A stretch of DNA of 64,000 nt from Eledone cirrhosa (lineage: Eukaryota). Shown here piece after piece: positions 24,001-36,000 of this stretch. Position 1 is the first letter of the stretch; each line of letters begins with the position of its first letter. The translations under genes were made by a program, and so were the position numbers. Below the pieces are notes generated by a model. The model ran no database searches. It worked only from the letters and a program-made list of their open reading frames with translations, and was not told the DNA's origin. The DNA lies in contig OZ024744.1 of the NCBI GenBank assembly GCA_964016885.1, positions 107,632,001 through 107,696,000 on the forward strand, in the 5' to 3' direction.

Positions 24001-27000
24001 GACTGGTTGTTGGATGGAGTGTCCAGCAGAGACAAGGGAGTGGTTGTTGGATGGAGTGTCCAGTAGAGACAAGAGACTGGTTGTTGGATGGAGTGTCCAG
24101 TAGAGACAAGAGACTGGTTGTTGGATGGAGTGTCCAGTAGAGACAAGGGACTGGTTGTTGGATGGAGTGTCCAGTAGAGACAAGAGACTGGTTGTTGGAT
24201 GGAGTGTCCAGCAGAGACAAGGGAGTGGTTGTTGGATGGAGTGTCCAGTAGAGACAAGGGACTGGTTGTTGGATGGAGTGTCCAGTAGAGACAAGAGACT
24301 GGTTGTTGGATGGAGTGTCCAGTAGAGACAAGGGACTGGTTGTTGGATGGAGTGTCCAGTAGAGACAAGAGACTGGTTGTTGGATGTAGTGTCCAGTAGA
24401 GACAAGAGACTGGTTGTTGGATGGAGTGTCCAGTAGAGACAAGAGACTGGTTGTTGGATGGAGTGTCCAGTAGAGACAAGAGACTGGTTGTTGGATGGAG
24501 TGTCCAGTAGAGACAAGAGACTGGTTGTTGGATGGAGTGTCCAGCAGAGATAAGAGACTGGTTGTTGGATGGAGTGTCCAGCAGAGACAAGAGACTGGTT
24601 GTTGGATGGAGTGTCCAGTAGAGACAAGAGACTGGTTGTTGGATGTAGTGTCCAGTAGAGACAAGAGACTGGTTGTTGGATGGAGTGTCCAGTAGAGACA
24701 AGAGACTGGTTGTTGGATGTAGTGTCCAGTAGAGATAAGGGACTGGTTGTTGGATGTAGTGTCCAGTAGAGACAAGAGATTGGTTGTTGGATGGAGTGTC
24801 CAGTAGAGGCAAGGGACTGGTTGTTGGATGGAGTATCCAGTAGAGACAATGGACTGGTTGTTGGATGGAGTGTCCAGTAGAGACAAGGGACTGGTTGTTG
24901 GATGGAGTGTCCAGCAGAGACAAGAGACTGGTTGTTGGATGGAGTGTCCAGTAGAGACAAGGGACTGGTTGTTGGATGGAGTGTCCAGTAGAGACAAGGG
25001 ACTGGTTGTTGGATGGAGTATCCAGTAGAGACAATGGACTGGTTGTTGGATGGAGTGTCCAGTAGAGACAAGAGACTGGTTGTTGGATGGAGTGTCCAGT
25101 AGAGACAAGGGACTGGTTGTTGGATGGAGTGTCCAGTAGAGACAAGAGACTGGTTGTTGGATGGAGTGTCCAGTAGAGACAAGAGACTGGTTGTTGGATG
25201 TAATGTCCAGTAGAGGCAAGAGACTGGTTGTTGGATGGAGTGTCCAGCGGAGACAAGGGACTGGTTGTTGGATGGAGTGTCCAGTAGAGACAAGAGACTG
25301 GTTGTTGGATGGAGTGTCCAGTAGAGACAAGAGACTGGTTGTTGGATGGAGTGTCCAGTAGAGACAAGAGACTGGTTGTTGGATGGAGTGTCAAGTAGAG
25401 ACTAGAGACTGGTTGTTGGATGGAGTGTCCAGCAGAGACAAGTGACTGGTTGTTGGATGGAGTGTCCAGCAGAGACAAGTGACTGGTTGTTGGAAGTAGT
25501 GTCCAGCAGAGACAAGGGACTGGTTGTTGGATGGAGTGTCCAGTAGAGACAAGGGACTGGTTGTTGGATGGAGTGTCCAGCAGAGACAAGTGACTGGTTG
25601 TTGGAAGTAGTGTCCAGCAGAGACAAGGGACTGGTTGTTGGATGGAGTGTCCAGTAGAGATAAGAGACTGGTTGTTGGATGGAGTGTCCAGTAGAGACAA
25701 GAGACTGGTTGTTGGATGGAGTGTCCAGCAGAGACAAGTGACTGGTTGTTGGAAGTAGTGTCCAGCAGAGACAAGGGACTGGTTGTTGGATGGAGTGTCC
25801 AGTAGAGACAAGGGACTGGTTGTTGGATGTAGTGTCCAGTAGAGACAAGAGACTGGTTGTTGGATGGAGTGTCCAGCAGAGACAAGTGACTGGTTGTTGG
25901 AAGTAGTGTCCAGCAGAGACAAGGGACTGGTTGTTGGATGGAGTGTCCAGTAGAGACAAGGGACTGGTTGTTGGATGGAGTGTCCAGCAGAGACAAGAGA
26001 CTGGTTGTTGGATGGAGTGTCCAGTAGAGACAAGGTACTGGTTGTTGGTTGGAGTGTCCAGTAGAGACAAGAGACTGGTTGTTGGATGGAGTGTCAAGTA
26101 GAGACAAGAGACTGGTTGTTGGATGGAGTGTCCAGTAGAGACAAGAGACTGGTTGTTGGATGGAGTGTCCAGCAGAGACAAGGGACTGGTTGTTGGATGG
26201 AGTGTCCAGTAGAGACAAGAGACTGGTTGTTGGATGGAGTGTCCAGCAGAGACAAGAGACTGGTTGTTGGATGGAGTGTCCAGTAGAGGCAAGGGACTGG
26301 TTGTTGGATGGAGTGTCCAGTAGAGACAAGGGACTGGTTGTTGGATGGAGTGTCCAGCAGAGACAAGAGACTGGTTGTTGGATGGAATGTCCAGTAGAGA
26401 CAAGGGACTGGTTGTTGGATGGAGTGTCCAGTAGAGACAAAAGACTGGTTGTTGGATGGAGTGTCAAGTAGAGACAAGAGACTGGTTGTTGGATGGAGTG
26501 TCCAGTAGAGACAAGGGACTGGTTGTTGGATGGAGTGTCCAGCAGAGACAAGGGACTGGTTGTTGGATGGAGTGTCCAGCAGAGACAAAAGACTGGTTGT
26601 TGGATGGAGTGTCCAGTAGAGACAAGAGACTGGTTGTTGGATGGAGTGTCCAGTAGAGACAAGAGACTGGTTGTTGGATGTAGTGTCCAGTAGAGACAAG
26701 AGACTGGTTGTTGGATGGAGTGTCCAGTAGAGACAAGGGACTGGTTGTTGGATGGAGTGTCCAGTAGAGACAAGGGACTGGTTGTTGGATGGAGTGTCCA
26801 ACAGAGACAAGAGACTGGTTGTTGGATGGAGTGTCCAGTAGAGACAAGGGACTGGTTGTTGGATGGCGTGTCCAGTAGAGGCAAGGGACTGGTTGTTGGA
26901 TGGCGTGTCCAGTAGAGACAAGAGACTGGTTGTTGGATGGAGTGTCCAGTAGAGACAAGAGACTGGTTGTTGGATGGAGTCTCCAGTAGAGACAAGAGAC

Positions 27001-30000
27001 TGGTTGTTGGATGGAGTGTCCAGTAGATGCAAGGGACTGGTTGTTGGATGGAGTGTCCAGTAGAGACAAGGGACTGGTTGTTGGATGGAGTGTCCAGTAG
27101 AGATAAGGTACTGGTTGTTGGATGGAGTGTCCAGTAGAGACAAGAGACTGGTTGTTGGATGGAGTGTCCAGCAGAGACGAGAGACTGGTTGTTGGATGGA
27201 GTGTCCAGTAGAGACAAGAGACTGGTTGTTGGATGGAGTGTCCAGCAGAGACGAGAGACTGGTTGTTGGATGGCGTGTCCAGTAGAGACAAGAGACTGGT
27301 TGTTGGATGGAGTGTCCAGTAGAGACAAGAGACTGGTTGTTGGATGGAGTGTCCAGTAGAGACAAGAGACTGGTTGTTGGATGGAGTGTCCAGCAGAGAC
27401 GAGAGACTGGTTGTTGGATGGCGTGTCCAGTAGAGACAAGAGACTGGTTGTTGGATGGAGTGTCCAGTAGAGACAAGGGACTGGTTGTTGGATGGCGTGT
27501 CCAGTAGAGACAAGAGACTGGTTGTTGGATGGAGTGTCCAGTAGAGACAAGGGACTGGTTGTTGGATGGAGTGTCCAGTAGAGACAAGAGACTGGTTGTT
27601 GGATGGAGTGTCCAGCAGAGACGAGAGACTGGTTGTTGGATGGCGTGTCCAGTAGAGACAAGAGACTGGTTGTTGGATGGAGTGTCCAGTAGAGACAAGG
27701 GACTGGTTGTTGGATGGCGTGTCCAGTAGAGACAAGAGACTGGTTGTTGGATGGAGTGTCCAGCAGAGACAAGAGACTGGTTGTTGGATGGAGTCTCCAG
27801 TAGAGACAAGAGACTGGTTGTTGGATGGAGTGTCCAGTAGAGACCAGAGACTGGTTGTTGGATGGAGTGTCCAGTAGAGACAAGAGACTGGTTGTTGGAT
27901 GGAGTGTCCAGCAGAGACGAGAGACTGGTTGTTGGATGGCGTGTCCAGTAGAGACAAGAGACTGGTTGTTGGATGGAGTGTCCAGTAGAGACAAGAGACT
28001 GGTTGTTGGATGGAGTGTCCAGTAGAGACAAGGGACTGGTTGTTGGATGGCGTGTCCAGCAGAGACAAGAGACTGGTTGTTGGATGGAGTGTCCAGTAGA
28101 GACTAGAGACTGGTTGTTGGATGGAGTGTCCAGTAGAGACAAGAGACTGGTTGTTGGATGGAGTGTCCAGTAGAGACAAGGGACTGGTTGTTGGATGGAG
28201 TGTCCAGTAGAGACAAGAGACTGGTTGTTGGATGGAGTGTCCAGTAGAGACAAGTGACTGGTTGTTGGATGGAGTGTCCAGCAGAGACAAGAGACTGGTT
28301 GTTGGATGTAGTGTCCAGTAGAGACAAGAGACTGGTTGTTGGATGGAGTGTCCAGTAGAGACAAGGGACTGTTTGTTGGATGGAGTGTCCAGCAGAGACA
28401 AGGCACTGGTTGTTGGATGGAGTGTCCAGTAGAGACAAGGGACTGGTTGTTGGATGGAGTGTCCAGCAGAGACAAGAGACTGGTTGTTGGATGGAGTGTC
28501 CAGTAGAGACAAGTGACTGGTTGTTGGATGGAGTGTCCAGCAGAGACAAGAGACTGGTTGTTGGATGTAGTGTCCAGTAGAGACAAGAGACTGGTTGTTG
28601 GATGGAGTGTCCAGTAGAGACAAGAGACTGGTTGTTGGATGTAGTGTCCAGTAGAGACAAGAGACTGGTTGTTGGATGGAGTGTCCAGTAGAGACAAGGG
28701 ACTGGTTGTTGGATGGAGTGTCCAGCAGAGACAAGAGACTGGTTGTTGGATGTAGTGTCCAGTAGAGACAAGAGACTGGTTGTTGGATGGAGTGTCCAGT
28801 AGAGACAAGTGACTGGTTGTTGGATGGAGTGTCCAGCAGAGACAAGAGACTGGTTGTTGGATGTAGTGTCCAGTAGAGACAAGAGACTGGTTGTTGGATG
28901 GAGTGTCCAGTAGAGACAAGGGACTGGTTGTTGGATGGAGTGTCCAGCAGAGACAAGGCACTGGTTGTTGGATGGAGTGTCCAGCAGAGACAAAAGACTG
29001 GTTGTTGGATGGAGTGTCCAGCAGAGACAAGAGACTGGTTGTTGGATGGAGTGTGCAGAAGAGACAAGAGACTGGTTGTTGGATGGAGTGTCCAGTAGAG
29101 ACAAGAGACTGGTTGTTGGATGGAGTGTCCAGTAGATGCAAGGGACTGGTTGTTGGATGGAGTGTCCAGTAGAGACAAGGGACTGGTTGTTGGATGGAGT
29201 GTCCAGTAGAGATAAGGGACTGATTGTTGGATGGAGTGTCCAGTAGAGACAAGGGACTGGTTGTTGGATGTAGTGTCCAGTAGAGACAAGGGACTGGTTG
29301 TTGGATGGAGTGTCCAGCAGAGACAAGGCACTGGTTGTTGGATGGAGTGTCCAGCAGAGACGAGAGACTGGTTGTTGGATGGCGTGTCCAGTAGAGACAA
29401 GAGACTGGTTGTTGGATGGAGTGTCCAGTAGAGACAAGGGACTGGTTGTTGGATGGCGTGTCCAGCAGAGACAAGGCACTGGTTGTTGGATGGAGTGTCC
29501 AGCAGAGACAAGGCACTGGTTGTTGGATGGAGTGTCCAGCAGAGACAAAAGACTGGTTGTTGGATGGCGTGTCCAGTAGAGACAAGAGACTGGTTGTTGG
29601 ATGGAGTGTCCAGTAGAGACAAGAGACTGGTTGTTGGATGGAGTGTCCAGTAGAGACAAGAGACTGGTTGTTGGATGGAGTGTCCAGCAGAGACGAGAGA
29701 CTGGTTGTTGGATGGCGTGTCCAGTAGAGACAAGAGACTGGTTGTTGGATGGAGTGTCCAGTAGAGACAAGGGACTGGTTGTTGGATGGCGTGTCCAGTA
29801 GAGACAAGAGACTGGTTGTTGGATGGAGTGTCCAGTAGAGACAAGGGACTGGTTGTTGGATGGAGTGTCCAGTAGAGACAAGAGACTGGTTGTTGGATGG
29901 AGTGTCCAGCAGAGACGAGAGACTGGTTGTTGGATGGCGTGTCCAGTAGAGACAAGAGACTGGTTGTTGGATGGAGTGTCCAGTAGAGACAAGGGACTGG

Positions 30001-33000
30001 TTGTTGGATGGCGTGTCCAGTAGAGACAAGAGACTGGTTGTTGGATGGAGTGTCCAGCAGAGACAAGAGACTGGTTGTTGGATGGAGTCTCCAGTAGAGA
30101 CAAGAGACTGGTTGTTGGATGGAGTGTCCAGTAGAGACCAGAGACTGGTTGTTGGATGGAGTGTCCAGTAGAGACAAGAGACTGGTTGTTGGATGGAGTG
30201 TCCAGCAGAGACGAGAGACTGGTTGTTGGATGGCGTGTCAGGTAGAGACAAGAGACTGGTTGTTGGATGGAGTGTCCAGTAGAGACAAGAGACTGGTTGT
30301 TGGATGGAGTGTCCAGTAGAGACAAGGGACTGGTTGTTGGATGGCGTGTCCAGCAGAGACAAGAGACTGGTTGTTGGATGGAGTGTCCAGTAGAGACTAG
30401 AGACTGGTTGTTGGATGGAGTGTCCAGTAGAGACAAGAGACTGGTTGTTGGATGGAGTGTCCAGTAGAGACAAGGGACTGGTTGTTGGATGGAGTGTCCA
30501 GTAGAGACAAGAGACTGGTTGTTGGATGGAGTGTCCAGTAGAGACAAGTGACTGGTTGTTGGATGGAGTGTCCAGCAGAGACAAGAGACTGGTTGTTGGA
30601 TGTAGTGTCCAGTAGAGACAAGAGACTGGTTGTTGGATGGAGTGTCCAGTAGAGACAAGGGACTGTTTGTTGGATGGAGTGCCAAGCAGAGACAAGGCAC
30701 TGGTTGTTGGATGGAGTGTCCAGTAGAGACAAGGGACTGGTTGTTGGATGGAGTGTCCAGCAGAGACAAGAGACTGGTTGTTGGATGGAGTGTCCAGTAG
30801 AGACAAGTGACTGGTTGTTGGATGGAGTGTCCAGCAGAGACAAGAGACTGGTTGTTGGATGGAGTGTCCAGTAGAGACAAGGGACTGTTTGTTGGATGGA
30901 GTGTCCAGTAGAGACAAGGGACTGGTTGTTGGATGGAGTGTCCAGCAGAGATAAGAGACTGGTTGTTGGATGGAGTGTCCAGTAGAGATAAGAGACTGGT
31001 TGTTGGATGGAGTGTCCAGCAGAGACAAGTGACTGGTTGTTGGATGGAGTGTCCAGTAGAGACAAGAGACTGGTTGTTGGATGGAGTGTCCAGTAGAGAC
31101 AAGAGACTGGTTGTTGGATGGAGTGTCCAGTAGAGACAAGGGAGTGGTTGTTGGATGGAGTCTCCAGTAGAGACAAGAGACTGGTTGTTGGATGGAGTGT
31201 CCAGCAGAGACAAGAGACTGGTTGTTGGATGGAGTGTCCAGCAGAGACAAGAGACTGGTTGTTGGATGGAGTGTCCAGTAGAGACAAGAGACTGGTTGTT
31301 GGATGGAGTGTCCAGTAGAGACAAGAGACTGGTTGTTGGATGGAGTGTCCAGTAGAGACAAGAGACTGGTTGTTGGATGTAGTGTCCAGTAGAGACAAGG
31401 TACTGGTTGTTGGATGGAGTGTCCAGTAGAGACAAGAGACTGGTTGTTGGATGGAGTGTCCAGTAGAGATAAGAGACTGGTTGTTGGATGGAGTGTCTAG
31501 TAGAGACAAGAGACTGGTTGTTGGATGGAGTGTCCAGCAGAGACAAGAGACTGGTTGTTGGATGGAGTGTCCAGTAGAGACAAGAGACTGGTTGTTGGAT
31601 GGAGTGTCCAGTAGAGACAAGAGACTGGTTGTTGGATGGAGTGTCAAGTAGAGACAAGAGACTGGTTGTTGGATGGAGTGTCCAGTAGAGACAAGAGACT
31701 GGTTGTTGGATGGAGTGTCCAGTAGAGACAAGAGACTGGTTGTTGGATGGAGTGTCCAGTAGAGACAAGAGACTGGTTGTTGGATGGAGTGTCAAGTAGA
31801 GACAAGAGACTGGTTGTTGGATGGAGTGTCCAGCAGAGACAAGGGACTGATTGTTGGATGGAGTGTCCAGTAGAGACAAGGGACTGGTTGTTGGATGGAG
31901 TGTCCAGTAGAGACAAGAGACTGGTTGTTGGATGGAGTGTCCAATAGAGACAAGAGACTGGTTGTTGGATGGAGTGTCCAGTAGAGACAAGAGACTGGTT
32001 GTTGGATGGAGTGTCCAGTAGAGACAAGAGACTGGTTGTTGGATGGAGTGTCAAGTAGAGACAAGAGACTGGTTGTTGGATGGAGTGTCAAGTAGAGACA
32101 AGAGACTGGTTGTTGGATGGAGTGTCCAGTAGAGACAAGAGACTGGTTGTTGGATGGAGTGTCCAGCAGAGACAAGAGACTGGTTGTTGGATGGAGTGTC
32201 CAGTAGAGACAAGAGACTGGTTGTTGGATAGAGTGTCCAGTAGAGACAAGAGACTGGTTGTTGGATGGAGTGTCCAGTAGAGACAAGAGACTGGTTGTTG
32301 GATGGAGTGTCCAGTAGAGACAAGAGACTGGTTGTTGGATGGAGTGTCCAGTAGAGACAAGAGACTGGTTGTTGGATGGAGTGTCCAGTAGAGATAAGAG
32401 ACTGGTTGTTGGATGGAGTGTCCAGTAGAGACAAGAGACTGGTTGTTGGATGGAGTGTCCAGCAGAGACAAGTGACTGGTTGTTGGATGGAGTGTCCAGC
32501 AGAGACAAGGGACTGGTTGTTGGATGGAGTGTCCAGTAGAGACAAGAGACTGGTTGTTGGATGGAGTGTCCAGTAGAGACAAGAGACTGGTTGTTGGATG
32601 GAGTGTCCAGTAGAGACAAGAGACTGGTTGTTGGATGGAGTGTCCAGCAGAGATAAGAGACTGGTTGTTGGATGGAGTGTCCAGTAGAGATAAGAGACTG
32701 GTTGTTGGATGGAGTGTCCAGTAGAGACAAGAGACTGGTTGTTGGATGGAGTGTCCAGTAGAGACAAGAGACTGGTTGTTGGATGGAGTGTCCAGCAGAG
32801 ATAAGAGACTGGTTGTTGGATGGAGTGTCCAGTAGAGATAAGAGACTGGTTGTTGGATGGAGTGTCCAGCAGAGACAAGTGACTGGTTGTTGGATGGAGT
32901 GTCCAGCAGAGACAAGGGACTGGTTGTTGGATGGAGTGTCCAGTAGAGACAAGAGACTGGTTGTTGGATGGAGTGTCCAGTAGAGACAAGAGACTGGTTG

Positions 33001-36000
33001 TTGGATGGAGTGTCCAGTAGAGACAAGAGACTGGTTGTTGGATGGAGTGTCCAGCAGAGACAAGGGACTGGTTGTTGGATGGAGTGTCCAGTAGAGACAA
33101 GAGACTGGTTGTTGGATGGAGTGTCCAGTAGAGACAAGAGACTGGTTGTTGGATGGAGTGTCCAGTAGAGACAAGAGACTGGTTGTTGGATGGAGTGTCC
33201 AGCAGAGATAAGAGACTGGTTGTTGGATGGAGTGTCCAGTAGAGATAAGAGACTGGTTGTTGGATGGAGTGTCCAGCAGAGACAAGTGACTGGTTGTTGG
33301 ATGGAGTGTCCAGTAGAGACAAGAGACTGGTTGTTGGATGGAGTGTCCAGTAGAGACAAGAGACTGGTTGTTGGATGGAGTGTCCAGTAGAGACAAGGGA
33401 GTGGTTGTTGGATGGAGTCTCCAGTAGAGACAAGAGACTGGTTGTTGGATGGAGTGTCCAGCAGAGACAAGAGACTGGTTGTTGGATGGAGTGTCCAGCA
33501 GAGACAAGAGACTGGTTGTTGGATGAAGTGTCCAGTAGAGACAAGAGACTGGTTGTTGGATGGAGTGTCCAGTAGAGACAAGAGACTGGTTGTTGGATGG
33601 AGTGTCCAGTAGAGACAAGAGACTGGTTGTTGGATGTAGTGTCCAGTAGAGACAAGGTACTGGTTGTTGGATGGAGTGTCTAGTAGAGACAAGAGACTGG
33701 TTGTTGGATGGAGTGTCCAGCAGAGACAAGAGACTGGTTGTTGGATGGAGTGTCCAGTAGAGACAAGAGACTGGTTGTTGGATGGAGTGTCCAGTAGAGA
33801 CAAGAGACTGGTTGTTGGATGGAGTGTCAAGTAGAGACAAGAGACTGGTTGTTGGATGGAGTGTCCAGTAGAGACAAGAGACTGGTTGTTGGATGGAGTG
33901 TCCAGTAGAGACAAGAGACTGGTTGTTGGATGGAGTGTCCAGTAGAGACAAGAGACTGGTTGTTGGATGGAGTGTCAAGTAGAGACAAGAGACTGGTTGT
34001 TGGATGGAGTGTCCAGCAGAGACAAGGGACTGATTGTTGGATGGAGTGTCCAGTAGAGACAAGGGACTGGTTGTTGGATGGAGTGTCCAGTAGAGACAAG
34101 AGACTGGTTGTTGGATGGAGTGTCCAGTAGAGACAAGAGACTGGTTGTTGGATGGAGTGTCCAGTAGAGACAAGAGACTGGTTGTTGGATGGAGTGTCCA
34201 GTAGAGACAAGAGACTGGTTGTTGGATGGAGTGTCAAGTAGAGACAAGAGACTGGTTGTTGGATGGAGTGTCAAGTAGAGACAAGAGACTGGTTGTTGGA
34301 TGGAGTGTCCAGTAGAGACAAGAGACTGGTTGTTGGATGGAGTGTCCAGTAGAGACAAGAGACTGGTTGTTGGATGGAGTGTCCAGTAGAGACAAGAGAC
34401 TGGTTGTTGGATGGAGTGTCCAGCAGAGACAAGAGACTGGTTGTTGGATGGAGTGTCCAGTAGAGACTAGAGACTGGTTGTTGGATGGAGTCTCCAGTAG
34501 AGACAAGAGACTGGTTGTTGGATGGAGTGTCCAGTAGAGATAAGAGACTGGTTGTTGGATGGAGTGTCCAGTAGAGACAAGAGACTGGTTGTTGGATGGA
34601 GTGTCCAGTAGAGATAAGAGACTGGTTGTTGGATGGAGTGTCCAGTAGAGACAAGAGACTGGTTGTTGGATGGAGTGTCCAGCAGAGATAAGAGACTGGT
34701 TGTTGGATGGAGTGTCCAGTAGAGATAAGAGACTGGTTGTTGGATGGAGTGTCCAGTAGAGACAAGGGACTGGTTGTTGGATGGAGTGTCCAGTAGAGAC
34801 AAGAGACTGGTTGTTGGATGGAATGTCCAGTAGAGGCAAGAGACTGGTTGTTGGATGGAGTGTCCAGTAGAGACAAGTGACTGGTTGTTGGATGGAGTGT
34901 CTAGTAGAGACAAGGTACTGGTTGTTGGATGGAGTGTCCAGTAGAGACAAGAGACTGGTTGTTGGATGGAATGTCCAGTAGAGGCAAGAGACTGGTTGTT
35001 GGATGGAGTGTCCAGCAGAGGCAAGTGACTGGTTGTTGGATGGAGTGTCTAGTAGAGACAAGGTACTGGTTGTTGGATGGAGTGTCCAGTAGAGACAAGA
35101 GACTGGTTGTTGGATGGAGTGTCCAGTAGAGACAAGAGACTGGTTGTTGGATGGAATGTCCAGTAGAGGCAAGAGACTGGTTGTTGGATGGAGTGTCCAG
35201 TAGAGACAAGAGACTGGTTGTTGGATGGAGTGTCAAGTAGAGACAAGAGACTGGTTGTTGGATGGAGTGTCCAGCAGAGACAAGTGACTGGTTGTTGGAT
35301 GGAGTGTCCAGTAGAGACAAGAGACTGGTTGTTGGATGGAGTGTCCAGTAGAGACAAGAGACTGGTTGTTGGATGTAGTGTCCAGTAGAGACAAGGGACT
35401 GGTTGTTGGATGGAGTGTCCAGTAGAGACAAGGGAGTGGTTGTTGGATGGAGTGTCCAGTAGAGACAAGAGACTGGTTGTTGGATGTAGTGTCCAGTAGA
35501 GATAAGAGACTGGTTGTTGGATGGAGTGTCCAGTAGAGACAAGGTACTGGTTGTTGGATGGAGTGTCCAGTAGAGACAAGAGACTGGTTGTTGGATGGAG
35601 TGTCCAGTAGAGACAAGAGACTGGTTGTTGGATGGAGTGTCCAGTAGAGACAAGAGACTGGTTGTTGGATGGAGTGTCCAGTAGAGACAAGAGACTGGTT
35701 GTTGGATGGAGTGTCAAGTAGAGACAAGAGACTGGTTGTTGGATGGAGTGTCTAGTAGAGACAAGAGACTGGTTGTTGGATGGAGTGTCCAGTAGAGACA
35801 AGAGACTGGTTGTTGGATGGAGTGTCCAGTAGAGACAAGAGACTGGTTGTTGGATGGAGTGTCCAGTAGAGATAAGAGACTGGTTGTTGGATGGAGTGTC
35901 CAGTAGAGACAAGAGACTGGTTGTTGGATGGAGTGTCCAGTAGAGATAAGAGACTGGTTGTTGGATGGAGTGTCCAGTAGAGATAAGAGACTGGTTGTTG

